64,000 nt of DNA from Antedon mediterranea (taxonomy: Eukaryota; Animalia; Echinodermata), in NCBI RefSeq assembly GCF_964355755.1, contig NC_092673.1, positions 31,307,648-31,371,647 on the forward strand, written 5' to 3'. The notes under the pieces are model-generated. The model saw nothing but the letters and a program-made list of their open reading frames with translations, had not been told where the DNA came from and did not search any database. How positions within the stretch are numbered: position 1 is the first letter of the stretch; each line of letters starts with the position of its first letter. The position numbers and the translations under genes are program-made. This document shows, one piece after another, positions 1-12,439 of the stretch.

Positions 1-1303
1 GTTATCAATTTCAGCTGCAATGCAATGCAACCCACAAAACATAAATCTAACTTCTTGGCAGTGTGACTCGGAACCGACTATGCAATTTACAGTGTGCATG
101 CGGATAAGAAAACTTCCACAGCCCAATATGGGCAATGCTAGGCAGCTTCTGACCACGCCTCATCTAAACGCATTACTAAAAAAAGCTCCCCAATAGCGCA
201 GGAAGTTGGATATTTCTAGGTTGACAAGCCAATCTTTATGTTTATGTTCAGATTGTTCACATAAATATTGGATAATCTCTTGAATTGGCAAAGAACGATT
301 CATATATTTGTAAATCAGTACCTTCAATTATTCCATTGCATACATTTAACACTCTGTCCTAGTGTATATTACGTTTACTACTTGTTCCACATCATATCAA
401 TGGCAGTCACACCTAAAAGAAAGCATGTGATAAAAGATCAAACACTTTTTAAATCTTTTAATTCAGCAATGCTGCTATACATGTACCAAAGTTAATTAAT
501 ATTTTCTGTTGTATGCTGAATTAAATATAGAAAAACACTGGACGAAATGAGAAAATTTAAAGTTAATCTGTAAGAGAAAACACATAAACCCCTATGTGAC
601 CTTAAAATTGTCCTAGGTTGAGTTGCATGAGGATGGCAATTTAAGTTTACAAATGTAGTGCATACAGTGATACTGATTCACACACCAGGTTTAACTGTAT
701 CCATCATGAAGATAATTTTCAGTCTGTTGGATCCAAAGTAAAGTTATTATATGACTATGAAAGAAATCTTCCAAAATCATGCTCCCAGTTTACCACATTT
801 TCTCCCGGATTACAAAAATAACTTAATTTTGTGTGTGTGTTTTTTTGTATTAAAATCGGTAACAAAAAAGGCTTACACACAAGCATATTTACAATAATGA
901 CAAAAAAATGACAATAACCTATTGATTGTTAAGATCTCAGTTGATTAGTATCAAATTATTAAAAAAATATTATTATTAATAGAAAATCCATAACATAATT
1001 TATAGTAATCCATTAGATATTGCTCACTTAAGGGTGTCTAGAACACTTCGCTTTGGGAAATATATACTCCCTCAAGAAAAATATCATTCCTCGTGGATGT
1101 CAAATCTTATATTTCACTGATATTAAAGGTGATATATGTAATATTATAGCCAAATATCAGTAGACTTGGTTGTAGGTAAGACTATCTGCTGGGTCAGCTA
1201 AGTCTGCCTAGCTAGAGTAGGCATGCGTTCACCTTACCTTGCGAAGAATGACCGTATAAAAGCACATAATTACTAATTGACCAGGCCTAAGCATATTACA
1301 TTT

Positions 1304-2079
1304 CGCCGTGGCTAAAGATACGGTACCGTATTCTAACTTCTGTTTACTATAGGTACGGTAAAATTGCATTACGTCATAACCAGCCAATGGGGTGCTGGTA
1401 CGTGTATGACGTCATCGTATAATATAAGGACTTTGTGGATTTTTTTCATATCGCGAAAACAGTGATCAACCGCATTTTCTTTATGCTTTATTATCGCTAT
1501 TATCGCCGTCGTGTGTGACAAAAACTAAATGTAGCCTACGTCTGTTATTATTATTGAAAAGCCAAAACATGTTGATTTTAATTCTAGAATACAGAAAACC
1601 GTTTCAAAAGAGGCCTAGGCCTACTTACTACGTACTATAACCTCATTATATGAGTTTGTTTGTGTAGGGAAAGCGATGCCAGGCTGGGGCCAGCTGCATG
1701 TGTGCGCTGATTTCTGTGACTCGTCAGCCCTGGGGCTGCTGTCTAAAAATCATAGTATTTGACTGCCTCTATTGTCCGCATTTGCTTGTTGTTTATGGTC
1801 ACCATTGTAAACGAAGTTTAATAAAAAATATAGGCCTAAATAGGCCATTTGGAATAAAAATAAAACCCTCATCTGCAACGCACACACATCCACGCAGCCT
1901 GGCGCCGCCGACAGTCTCTACATATACAACAGACGCGATATGAAAAAAAATCCCAAGTCCTTATACGATGACGTCACACACGTACCAGCACCCCATTGGC
2001 TGATTATGACGTAATGCAATTTTACCGTACCTTTAGTAAACAGAAGTTAGAATACGGTACCGTATCTTTAGCCACGGCG
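1304..2079. mobile_element. Non-autonomous Mutator/MULE-like DNA transposon
   Basis: About 150-bp terminal inverted repeats (CGCCGTGGCTAAAGATACGGTACC...GGTACCGTATCTTTAGCCACGGCG) with a perfect 9-bp target-site duplication ATTACATTT at 1295-1303 and 2080-2088. Long TIRs plus a 9-bp TSD are typical of MULEs. Confidence 0.85.
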
Positions 2080-2412
2080 ATTACATTTTTTTCTATCAAT
2101 AATTCTACAGTTACAATATTACTAGTTATTTGTCGATTCTTCATCTTTGACAAGCCGAATCGCTGGATTTGATATAGCCTATATAATACAAGAATGTGAT
2201 TGGTTGAAATGGCAACACATGACTATTTCTTTGAGGATTGTAATTGTTATATTTCCTCGACCAGTGTTATTTTGAGAGCAGAGTTATTTTGACTGTCTGC
2301 GTAATTAGACTAAAATCAAACAAACCAATTCTTTTTATATATTGACTGAGTTAATATAAAAACTAAATTACCTGTGCTTCCACAATGTTGTTGTGCACAA
2401 TTTTATTTTTAG

Positions 2413-4374
2413 GTGTTTATAATACCATTGGTTAGATATTATCTGAAAGATAAATAAGTTTGTGGCACACTATTGAAGAATATAAAATGTATTCATTTTA
2501 TCAAACATACTGCATGAACAACCAAAAATTAATGGAGTATACTACTGTATATTGAAAATCCTACAGATTTATAAATTTTGTTTTCTAGAAGAACAACCTT
2601 TTCCAGCAGTTCAGGCCACATCATGTAAGTTTATACTGTAGAATGTGTATACAAGTATAGTTATTAAAAAATATATCAGGATTGAATAATTACCAATTAT
2701 TTTGTAAATGTATACAACAATGTAACCTCGGTGCAAAAGAAACATGAATCTGAATCATGGAATATCGCCTAATATTTAGGTGGTCCTAGCTGCCCAACTC
2801 CGAAAGGTCAAATTTACCAGTAGATTTCTCAAAATTGCTAGTTGAAAATTTAAAAACTAGCATTGATTGCTGGTTGTAATTTTTGAAAATTACTTTTTAG
2901 TCTAGTAAAGATACTCGATCTGCCAATAATACTGTAAATTTAACTTTTTATAGTTAATTAAATTATTAACAAATGGGCTTTCTTTCTAATTGTGTTGCTC
3001 ATTTTGTTAGTTAGATTATTTAAAACTAGCAATGGTTTTGATTTTTTAAAAGTCGACGACAGACCTGACCCAACACTTCAACCCTTGGGTGGCATTGTCA
3101 AAAAATTGAGCTTAGCTTATCACAGTAGGTCTTACTCTCCAACCTGATTTAAATGATCAAATCAGGATGCCCTGTCTACACTATGAAACTGAACTTTATG
3201 TGACAAAAAAGTGTATGTGCCCAAATGATAGTGATATGACATCATCATGTCCATATGGCCACATCACATTTTTTCACAGTCAGAAAGTTGTATAGTGTAG
3301 ACATAGCTTATTACCAAATTTTGATTTCTTATATTATTAGTATTGTTTTTATTTTACATTATTATTATACAGTAATAATTTCTGTAATAGAAATGTTTAT
3401 GTTCAAATGTTAAATTAGCAATTTCTTTTTCATTGCAGGGAAACTAAAAATCAAGAAGGGAAATGTAGCACTGTACTTATACGGTGTTGACCCCTGGTTA
3501 ACAATAAACCAGTTAAAATCAAAACACTTTTTTAAGGTAGATTTATAATTACATCTTTTTTCCAAATATCTTTAAGAAATCATTATTGAGAATTTACCTG
3601 TAAATTTATACAAGTGTTCTCAATGATTTATTAAATTGTTTTTCTCTTATTCATTATAAAAAGGCAAAATTCAAATATAGATTATGTGTAACTTTGTAAT
3701 GTTTCAATTTCTTTCAATAGTTTCACTGATTAAGGTTTGCAGAGTTTTTTAATTGTGTGAACCCTTTTAAATTTATTGCTGATCACTTTAATTGTGCATT
3801 TTGTTCTTTAATTGTGCAATTGTTTGTATCCTGCATAGCTGGGCCTACCTAGAACAGTAGTACAGTACTACCTAGGCTTACTTAGAGCACAGTCAAGCAG
3901 TGTACAACAAGGCATTTTTTTAAACATTTTGTTGTGGGCTTTAATTTGTTGTGGTTGTTATTCAATTGTGAGGAGGTGCTTTTAAATTAAATTTTAAGTT
4001 AAAAGTATTGCGAGGCTATTTGATTGTGCGCTTTGTTCTATAATTGTAGAATACTTTTTTTTTATCCTGTGTGACAGTTACATAACTTACATTGTTCCAA
4101 ATATTTAACTGCAACATTTAACAGAAGGAGCTGTCACTGTTTAGAGCTTATGTGATTATTTATGGCAATGTAATAATATGAAAAAATGTCTTCTTTAGTT
4201 TAGTGTTAGTCTAATTATTTATTGTTACAATGATTAAATTTTATATTTACGCCATATATTTTGTTTATTTAGATCTCTGGCGAGAACAACATCATCCTTG
4301 ATGGAATGGGTGAAGAAGTGAAGTTGACAGACACGGTTGGAGACAGAAGGGTTCTCTACCTCCTTTCTAGATAA
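2413..4374 (+). CDS. 3' part of a small spliced gene with a putative ubiquitin-like (beta-grasp) C-terminal domain; 5' end unresolved
   Basis: AG/GT-bounded exons 2413-2430 (tentative), 2589-2624, 3439-3536 and 4273-4374 splice in phase to ..VYNTIEEQPFPAVQATSWKLKIKKGNVALYLYGVDPWLTINQLKSKHFFKISGENNIILDGMGEEVKLTDTVGDRRVLYLLSR*. A GTGAGT donor at 4379 and an acceptor at 5400-5401 suggest a 3'UTR exon with AATAAA near 5450. The Ubl fold is inferred from pattern only. Confidence 0.6.
3169..3308. mobile_element. PIF/Harbinger-like MITE (AGCTCTGTCTACACTATCAAACT family)
   Basis: Imperfect palindrome CTGTCTACACTAT...ATAGTGTAGACA; one of about 8 copies in the window. Confidence 0.7.
3745..4065. repeat. 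Degenerate TTTAATTGTG-motif repeat
   Basis: Recurrent (T)TTAATTGTG units, the reverse complement of the CACAATTAAA units at 12137-12390. Confidence 0.4.
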
Positions 4375-5744
4375 ATTAGTGAGTAACTACTTGTGTGAAT
4401 GAGATTCTGTATTTTATAGAAATTCTTTTTTGTTTATGTAGACTTCCCCCAAGTTACAGGGGTAGTGCTTCAGACGTCTACTCCCACCGTTTCACAGCTA
4501 AAACGAAATTACAAACTACTTTTTGAGATCCCTTTTTGACAAAATATATGTCAGCACTCTCCTGTTTGAAAAATGCCAGATTCTCCCCTAAGTTACTTTA
4601 TCATTTATGATTTTATTAATTTTGGATAATGAATCATGATCATGCATTACTGTATTATGCAAATGATAAATGCTTACTGGTTGGATTAAATGAAAGATTG
4701 ACCAAAAAAAAAATCTCAAAAATTCTCAGTCTGAAATCCAATAGCAACACCTGTTGTTTTGTTTATTCCAGAAATGGCTCTGTTAGAAATATTTTTGTAG
4801 AGCAATATGTACTAATTTAGACCAAAAAGGCACTTAAATCAGCTTTTGATCAACTGTATAACTTTTAATTAATTATACAAGTGGGAAAAAAAACATAATT
4901 AGCCTAGATCAGATTTTTCTGTTGTGGCGAAAATAAATTTTGAATTGATTTGAAGTTGCCTAGAGACTATTTGTATTTGTGCAATGGTACAAATAATTTT
5001 ATTTGGTAAAATATGAAATTCCATTTTTAATCTTTCACCTTATGAAATTAGTTCTACCATCACATTAACAATCATATTTTTGTAATTATCTAATACTGTA
5101 CCATAATTTTTTTTTCATTGCAACTTTGATCGGCATAAAACACTTAGATGGTATAACTAATCATATTCTGCCATCTGTTTGTTCATTGTGGCATATCTAA
5201 AAACAAAAAAAAGTATGTTAAAGTTACCACACTAATACAGACACAAACACAATGATGTATGACTTTGATTTTTTTAATTGGTTTGAGGGGGTGGGGATCA
5301 GCCACCCATCTTGGACATGTGCTGGGGTTACAATTATTTTTTTACTCAAAGACATTTTGAAATAAAGATATTAACTCACTGAATTATTTATTCATTTTTA
5401 GGAGCTGAAGTACTGGCAGCAGTCATGATGATTAGGATTAAACCTACAAAATAAATAGTTATAGTTTAATAGTTATGTTATTGCATGAACCATGTTTAGA
5501 TATAACCTTATTGATTTTGTCAAAATCTTTATTTATTTATTCTTTCCTTAGCACTATTTTGTCCGTCAATTATCTTGAGATCAGTTTCATCTAGCTAAGT
5601 CAATTTTTCAGAGTATATTCCTTTAATGGCCAGGAATCAATGTGGTTATGTTTTCACGATGCGCAATCAACAATTACACGGTTTAACAAAATCATGTTTG
5701 TAATCATCATCATCATCATATCTTGGTTATGTTATGTTATATCC

Positions 5745-6268
5745 TTGGATTTATGTGATGAGTTTGATTTAAAGCGGCAATACAGATCTTTGTGTATCCG
5801 AGCCAACTCCTTGGTCAGAAAATTTAGTATGTGTTCTATCAATGTGAAATGTGTTTTATTCAGAACATATTGTGTAAATATGTATTGTGCTACAATATGG
5901 TGCAACTATAACCAAGGTACCTTGCGATCTCTCCAGGTATGCTACAATAATGGTTTAAGAATGTTGTTGCAAAGGCCTCGACATTGCAGTGCCAGCCTCA
6001 TGTTTACGGAATGTAGAATTCCCTCTTTTTATGAATTGTTAAGAATATCAATATATGGCCTGATGTGTAGACTAATGCAAGCAAAAATATTTTAATCTCA
6101 ACGATTATAAGCAACGTCTTTAGTTAAGTCGAAGATGCTCTCCAGATGGAATGCCATCCTGAGATGAGTATAGTAGTAATTTTGTTTATTTTATTTCTTT
6201 CATTTATATGTAATTTACTTTCTATGGACCAGAGTTTCCGAAATAAAAGATTGAATGAATGAATGAAT
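5745..6268 (+). mobile_element. 5'-truncated non-LTR retrotransposon (LINE) 3' fragment
   Basis: The ORF carries post-RT LINE motifs (RANSLVRKFSMCSINVKCVLFRTYC..YCATIW..YNNGLRMLL..RHCSASLMF), followed by AATAAA and a (GAAT)n tail at 6242-6268. Clade not determined (possibly RTE-X-like). Confidence 0.7.
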
Positions 6269-7002
6269 AATCTTCGCAAGCATGTATCATAGCAAAATTT
6301 GGTACACATAAATTTCAGGTCATATTTTGTCATATGGCAATACCATTACGTGTGTAGGGCATATTAAGCAATTGCATACCCACGCTTAAAATTTTCAAAA
6401 TTGTCAACACTTATTTTTGATGAAATTAGAGTACAACTCGGGCAATTATAAAAATCAGTATTAAAGTTAAAAAAGCATTTTTAAAGGTAATCACAATTTT
6501 GCAAGTTGGTTGTAACTTTATCATTGTAGTTTATTCATAGAAGATGTAATTGTGCTACTGTAGATGGATTTGAAGACTTCCACCTAGACTAAAGCTAATT
6601 TTAAGGTCTTCCACCCATTTTAACAAAACACTCGCTTACCTCAGCACCTGAAAGTATAGTAGGCCTACTGTTTGAAGTTTTACACTCACTAAACTTTTCT
6701 AGATACAGTTAACATCTCTATTTATACATTGCTGTACTCTGCTACACTATTGATTTTGACGTGTTTAATAAAAGCAATTAGAAATTGATTATAATTGTAT
6801 TGTAATTCCATGCTTGTTAAAAATGTTTTCCTTTTTTTTTCTTCCATTTCTTTCATTTTCAATTAAAAATGTGTTAATAAAAAAATATTGCAGTATCACA
6901 GTATTTTTCTTTATTTTTTATTCTCTGGTTTATGTATTAAGAAACTTTACTGTATTTCCTTTGTTGTAATACTTGCTAAGGCATATACTATTACTAACTC
7001 AT

Positions 7003-7131
7003 GAGTGGTTAAGACAGTGGAACCGTAATATGACATCGGCAAAGGTTCGAGGCTCACTCACTCCATGGGTCTGGTGGTAGAACGAGTCTTCCCGGATAAG
7101 GACTATAAACCGTAGGTCCAGTGTACACATC
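7003..7131 (+). mobile_element. tRNA-derived SINE, 5' half, cut by LTR retrotransposon insertion
   Basis: A-box-like GAGTGGTTAAG and B-box GGTTCGAGGCTC. Matches copies at 29838-30149 and 44791-45100 up to GTGTACACATC, where the LTR begins. Confidence 0.8.
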
Positions 7132-7321
7132 TGTTGAGTTCCGTAGGTGTTAATGATTCCGGTTCAATAGGAACAACTAAAGAAAGACACTGACAATGCA
7201 GGTTCCAGATGTCTCCTAAGAGGCGTACATTTATTTACGAACACGTGGTGTATTCCCTAGCCTAATAACCCCATGCCTTTTCAATAGGTGGCGCTAGACA
7301 CATTTCTATTACATTATTACA
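7132..7321 (-). repeat. 3' LTR (190 bp) of the Gypsy element
   Basis: TG...CA termini (TGTAAT...CAACA on the minus strand) with an internal AATAAA, directly preceded on the minus strand by polypurine tract AAAGGGGGA (7322-7330). Confidence 0.75.
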
Positions 7322-7529
7322 TCCCCCTTTGTTTAAGTAGCGAAGGTGATACTGTAGTAACAAAGCACTGTACAATATTTTAATACATTTATGATATAAA
7401 TAAACCATGAATGAAACGTGTCTGTTATACGTGTAATAAACTAACTTTTGCCTACACATCTGAAATATTCATACTATAACTACTATTTCTCGTTCTACAC
7501 TACAACCTGTAAATTACACCCTAACAAAA

Positions 7530-8745
7530 TCTTTATATTTGCTATTAGGTTTCGAAACTCGGCCACTGCGAGTTACAAGGTTAGGTGAACTTTCGCTTGA
7601 TATAGCAGGTGGCTCTGCTTCTTCCGCTGTTGGTGTTGGCAGGACGATTACTTTTGGTTGATGTTCTTACATTCCGTCGCTCTCTGTCGCTATTTGAACT
7701 AACGCTTTTCTGTTGCGGCAGAGGATTCCTTTATCGGTTCTAATATCGTACGATCTTGGTTCGCTACGTTTACCAACAACTTTTCCATACTTCTGTTGGT
7801 CGCGAATGTAGATCTCGTCTCCTATGTTTAGCTCTGTTGACGCTTTAGCGTTATGTCTGCTAATAAAATTTCTCCGTTGGTTTTCTCTGTATTTATGTTC
7901 GCGTTCATGTATTTGAACTGTTCCACTTTTCAGGAATTCTGGTATAAGTTGTGCATTGCTTATAGGAACTTGCGTGCGTTATCTCCTACCCATCAGTAGT
8001 TCGCTTGGTGATCGACCATTGTGTAGTGGGGATGACCTATAGGAAAGCAATGCCAAATAAGGATTGTCATTTTTCTTTAAGAGTCCTTTAATGGTTCGTA
8101 CCGCTCTTTTCGCCTCTCCATTCGATTGGGGGTAATTTGGTGAGCTTGTGACATATACAAACCGGTATTCCTTAGCAAACTTAAGAAATAGTTCAGAACT
8201 AAATTGTGGACCATTCTCCGAGATCACTACATCCGGTATGCCATGAACTGCGAATGTTTGTTTTAGTTTATTTATGACGCGTTCTGACGAAGTCTCAGGT
8301 AGATGTGCAATTTCAATCCATCGCGAATAATAATCGACGATGATATAATCCTTTTGGTTGAAATGGAATAAATCCATCCCCAGCCGTTCCCACGGTCTGG
8401 AAGGCATGGCGGATGGTATCAATGGTCCAACTCTTGCAGGATTGTTTTTGGCACATGTATTGCATTTCTTGACTACATCCTCAATCTCACCTGAAAGTCC
8501 TGGCCACCAAATTGAGACTCTGACTCTTGCGCGACATTTTGTGATACCTAAATGTCCTTGGTGTATTCGGCTGAGAATGTCAAGGCGCATAGCTCGAGGA
8601 ATCAGTATTCTTCCATCATACATTATCCAGTCTTTCACGATTGCTAAGTGTGCTCTATGTTCCCAATATAGATGGCCAACCATTTTGACAATACTTTCTT
8701 ATTTCCTGACACTCTGCATCTGCTTCTTGTGCTGCTAATGTTTCT
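7530..8745 (-). pseudogene. Gypsy integrase, frameshifted
   Basis: HHCC zinc finger (IHQGHLGITKC...WWPG...CNTC) and catalytic core PWERLGMDLF..IVDYYSRW..GIPDVVISENGPQF..SSPNYPQSNGEAKRAVRTIK. The D-to-E and E-to-K changes at catalytic positions and the frameshifts indicate decay. Confidence 0.9.
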
Positions 8746-9383
8746 CTTAAGATATCTTAAGTATCGTTACCGGCATATACCCATTCTCATCGGACTATCG
8801 TGCCGGAAATATAACCGGTATATACCGGCTTTCTGTGAGAAAGGAGTCAGGCATATTCGGCCAATATAAAAAGTCTCTGACAAAATAATTATTGAGGGCG
8901 TCCTTTATTGTTATTATTTTTGTCTAGGGATATATGGCGGCGAATGTTAGGTTACAGATTATTATCTTCCTTTATAGCATATTTATGCAATACATGCTAT
9001 GTACAGTATATTGTGCATATATTATACAGGTACAGCAATTAATTAGCCGTCAATCGGCAATCTGTAAAACACCTTAGAAGGCTGTACAATTTACAAGGCG
9101 ACGAAGGGTCAGGCTAGTTAGGCACCAACAAAGAGCTATATGGCCTAGGCTAGGCCTGCTATAGATTATGCTACAAATTTCTTCTTGTCCCCTTATTTTA
9201 AGCAGCTCATTATCCCTCCAGTTCGACATTATTATTGTTAATTGAATTGAATCGGCGCCAAAGTGATACACTTGACTGCGCAAGGTGTCTGAAGCCTCGA
9301 CAGGGAACCCCGGAATATAACGGAGTTACGTTCTCACAGAATGCCCGTCTGGCATTGCGGGGAATATCCCTAGAATATTACTA

Positions 9384-11645
9384 TTCAAATTCAAATTCAA
9401 ATATTCTTTATTCATCCTCAATCATGAAAATATACAACAACAATATATGAGAACATAAAAAAGATGAAAAGGAAACACATAAAAACTCAAAAGAGCTTGA
9501 TTAGTTGTGTCCCCCTATGTCCCTAACTAGCCTAAAAAACTAAAACATAAATACTAAAAAAAGCTAAATCCTGCAACAAGTATTATTTTTAAAATTATTT
9601 GTAAAATGATAATAAATGTTCTTTAAACAATGATTTAAATATATATATTGATTTGGTACTTTGTAGTTCGTAATTCAAGTCATTCCACAATTTGGGTCCC
9701 ACACATGACACAGTAAAACTAGTAGAAGTACGATTACGTTTTCTGAGTCTCATTTTGTCTTTAGATCTTGTATTATAATTATGGTAAGAACCATTTTTAA
9801 TAAAGAGCGATGAAAAACGCACGTCCTGATTAGTAGTAACATTATACATGAAAAGCCCAATTTGGTACTTATTGATATCCGCAATTTTAAGAAGTTTAAA
9901 TTTATAGAAACATTCAGTCATTGAATCATTAAACTTTGACCATGTTATAGCTCGTAATGCCCTTTTCTGGAGTTTAAATAACTCATCTAAATAACTTGGA
10001 AATGTGCTACACCATATTATGTTGCAATAATTTAATACTGGTTCAATGAGTGATTTGTATATTGTCCAGAGAGCATAGGTTGGTAAAAAATGTCTTACTT
10101 TATATAGTATGCATACATATCGAGATATTTTCCTAGCTGTAACATTGATGTGGTTCTTATATGTGAGAAATTCATCAATATGTACTCCAAGGAATTTAGT
10201 CGATTTAACTCTATCTATTCTTTTATTGTTGACATAAATATTTACATTCTCTAAATTACTTGGATTTCGCTGATTGCGGAAAATTATGTAATTAGTTTTT
10301 TTAACGTTGATTGATAGTTTATTGCACATGAACCAATCCGAAACATTTTTTAGTTCACCATTAACTAGTTCTATGAGCGTATCCAAGTTTTCGTGAGATG
10401 CAGATATGTTTGTGTCGTCAGCAAATAAAACAAAAGATAACGAGTTTGAGCAATTAAATACATCGTTAATGTACAAAATAAAAAGTAGAGGCCCCAGAAT
10501 TGAACCCTGTGGTACACCGCAATTTATATCCATCAAACACGAACTTGTGTTATCAATAGACGTAAATTGTTTCCTTCCACTAATATAGTTTCTAAACCAT
10601 TTAAGGGCCGTGCCTCTTATGCCATAGTGTTCCAATTTTTTAAGAAGTATATCATGGTTGATGGTGTCAAACGCTTTTGACAAATCAATAAATATTCCGA
10701 TGGTATTTTTTTTCTTATCAAGCGCATCGGTTATTCGTTCAACCAGATCTATAACGGCCATAAAACTAGAACTGTTTTTTCTGAAACCATATTGTGCATT
10801 ATTAAGGATGTTAAACTTTGTGATATAATTATTTACTCTAATTTGAACAATTTTTTCAAGAATTTTTGAAGCGGTAGGCAGAATAGAGATCGGCCTATAA
10901 TTACTGACGTCACTTTTATTGCCAGATTTAAAAATTGGAACTACTCTAGCTACTTTCATACTATCAGGGACCATGCCTGTCTCAAGAGAGAGGTTAAAGA
11001 TATGTACAAGAGGAGATGCCACAGCAGCAATAATATGTTTTAGAATGCGATTACTTAAGTTATCAACACCTTCTGAATTTGAATTTTTGATTTGACTAAC
11101 TATTTCAATGACCTCTTCTTCATTCGTAGGATTGAAAAATATGGATTGGGATTGACTCTCTTTCATATATTGTTTAAAGTCAGAATTGTTTACATTTGGT
11201 ATTTTGTTTGCTAATTCATTTCCAATGTTGGAGAAGAAGTCATTAAAAGCGTCAGACATACCTTTTGGATCACATACCAAAGTTTTATTACTACTGTATG
11301 GTTAATTACCTCATTTGGCTTAACACTCGATTTTTTTCTATTTAGAACTTCATTTAAAACTTTCCATGTTTGCTTTGAATCGTGTCGAGCTGCATCCAGT
11401 TTTTTGGAATAATATTGTTTTTTCCGAATTCTAATTAAATGAGTTAATTTATTTTTGTACTTTTTATATATATTTTTTAATAATTGTGTTGGGTTTTTAA
11501 GGTATTTTTTATCAAGTTTATTTTTCTTTTTTATTGAAATCAAAATTCCTGTTGTGATCCATGGTTTTTTCTTTGTATTACCATTTGGCTTATTACTTTT
11601 TGTAGGTATGTTATTATCTATGAGATTGAATAGTTTTTTAATAAA
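9384..11645 (-). mobile_element. 5'-truncated CR1/L2-group LINE inserted into Gypsy pol
   Basis: RT-containing ORF2 remnant plus a 3'UTR ending in AATAAA and a (TTTGAA)n tail at 9384-9410; truncated in the endonuclease-RT linker (KKKPWIT). Confidence 0.9.
9595..11280 (-). CDS. LINE ORF2 reverse transcriptase domain (561-aa open frame, no endonuclease)
   Basis: Motifs YRPISILP, QYGFR, FIDLSKAFDTINH, GVPQGSILGPLLFILYIND, FADDT and KFLGVHID. A frameshift near 11285 separates it from the upstream linker. Confidence 0.85.
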   Translation of the reverse strand: MVCDPKGMSDAFNDFFSNIGNELANKIPNVNNSDFKQYMKESQSQSIFFNPTNEEEVIEIVSQIKNSNSEGVDNLSNRILKHIIAAVASPLVHIFNLSLETGMVPDSMKVARVVPIFKSGNKSDVSNYRPISILPTASKILEKIVQIRVNNYITKFNILNNAQYGFRKNSSSFMAVIDLVERITDALDKKKNTIGIFIDLSKAFDTINHDILLKKLEHYGIRGTALKWFRNYISGRKQFTSIDNTSSCLMDINCGVPQGSILGPLLFILYINDVFNCSNSLSFVLFADDTNISASHENLDTLIELVNGELKNVSDWFMCNKLSINVKKTNYIIFRNQRNPSNLENVNIYVNNKRIDRVKSTKFLGVHIDEFLTYKNHINVTARKISRYVCILYKVRHFLPTYALWTIYKSLIEPVLNYCNIIWCSTFPSYLDELFKLQKRALRAITWSKFNDSMTECFYKFKLLKIADINKYQIGLFMYNVTTNQDVRFSSLFIKNGSYHNYNTRSKDKMRLRKRNRTSTSFTVSCVGPKLWNDLNYELQSTKSIYIFKSLFKEHLLSFYK

Positions 11646-12048
11646 TACAATGCCGTCAATACCATCTAAAATTACTGACATTGTGCGCTGAAAAATTTCA
11701 GGCGCAGACGATATACCAAATGGTAGTCTTTGGAAGCAAAAGCGACCAAACGGTGTAATAAATGTTGTGAGCTCCTTAGTGGAGTTATCTAAAGGTATCT
11801 GCCAAAATCCACGGTTGGCATCTAACTTAGTGAAAACCTTACTCTTAGACAGTTTTGCTAAGCTCGACTCGACTGTGTTCATGGGATGAACCTCCCTTAG
11901 AACAGAATTAAGGTGTGTTAGATCGACGCAAATGTGTACAGACCCATCCTTTTTCGGTACACAGACCATACCAGAACACCACTCTGTAGGTTTCTGTATT
12001 GGGACAATTACTCCTAGATTAACCATACGTTCAATTTCTGTTTTTACC
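11646..12048 (-). pseudogene. Gypsy reverse transcriptase N-terminal half
   Basis: EWCSGMVCVPKKDGSVHICVDL..LN, FTKLDANRGFWQIPL and TTFITPFGRFCFQRLPFGISSAPEIFQ; ends just before the YxDD motif. Confidence 0.9.
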
Positions 12049-12136
12049 TATGTAAAAGAGGGTGGGGAACATTTCGTGGAGCAAACATGCTTATGTACGG
12101 TGGCCCACAACTGTCACGCACACTATTAAATCATAT

Positions 12137-12390
12137 TCACACAATTAAAGAAGAAATCACACAATTAAAGAAGGAATCGCATATAAACAAAAGAAAGCAT
12201 GAAAATATAAAACGAAATGCACAAAGAAAGAAGAAACGCGCAATTAAAGAAGAGCTAAGCACAATTAAAGAAGTCCGCAAAAAATTTGAAAACTCCTTGC
12301 ACAATTAAAGAAGTCCGCAACAAATTCGAAAGCTCCTCGCACAATTAAAGAAGTCCGCAACAAATTCGAAATTACCTCGCACAATTAAAG
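12137..12390. repeat. Degenerate tandem repeat of about 40 bp (CACAATTAAAGAAGTCCGCAACAAATTCGAAAGCTCCTCG) inserted in Gypsy
   Basis: Three to four near-identical units at 12259-12390 plus more degenerate units upstream. Confidence 0.6.
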
Positions 12391-12439
12391 TACAGTAGTC
12401 AGTATGGATCGCCATCGCCGCCTCCGGCAGCAGATACAT

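Noticed and set aside
15-195. Open frame after TTTCAG as the first exon of the 2413-4374 gene
   Set aside because: It ends in a stop before any convincing donor and cannot be linked in phase.
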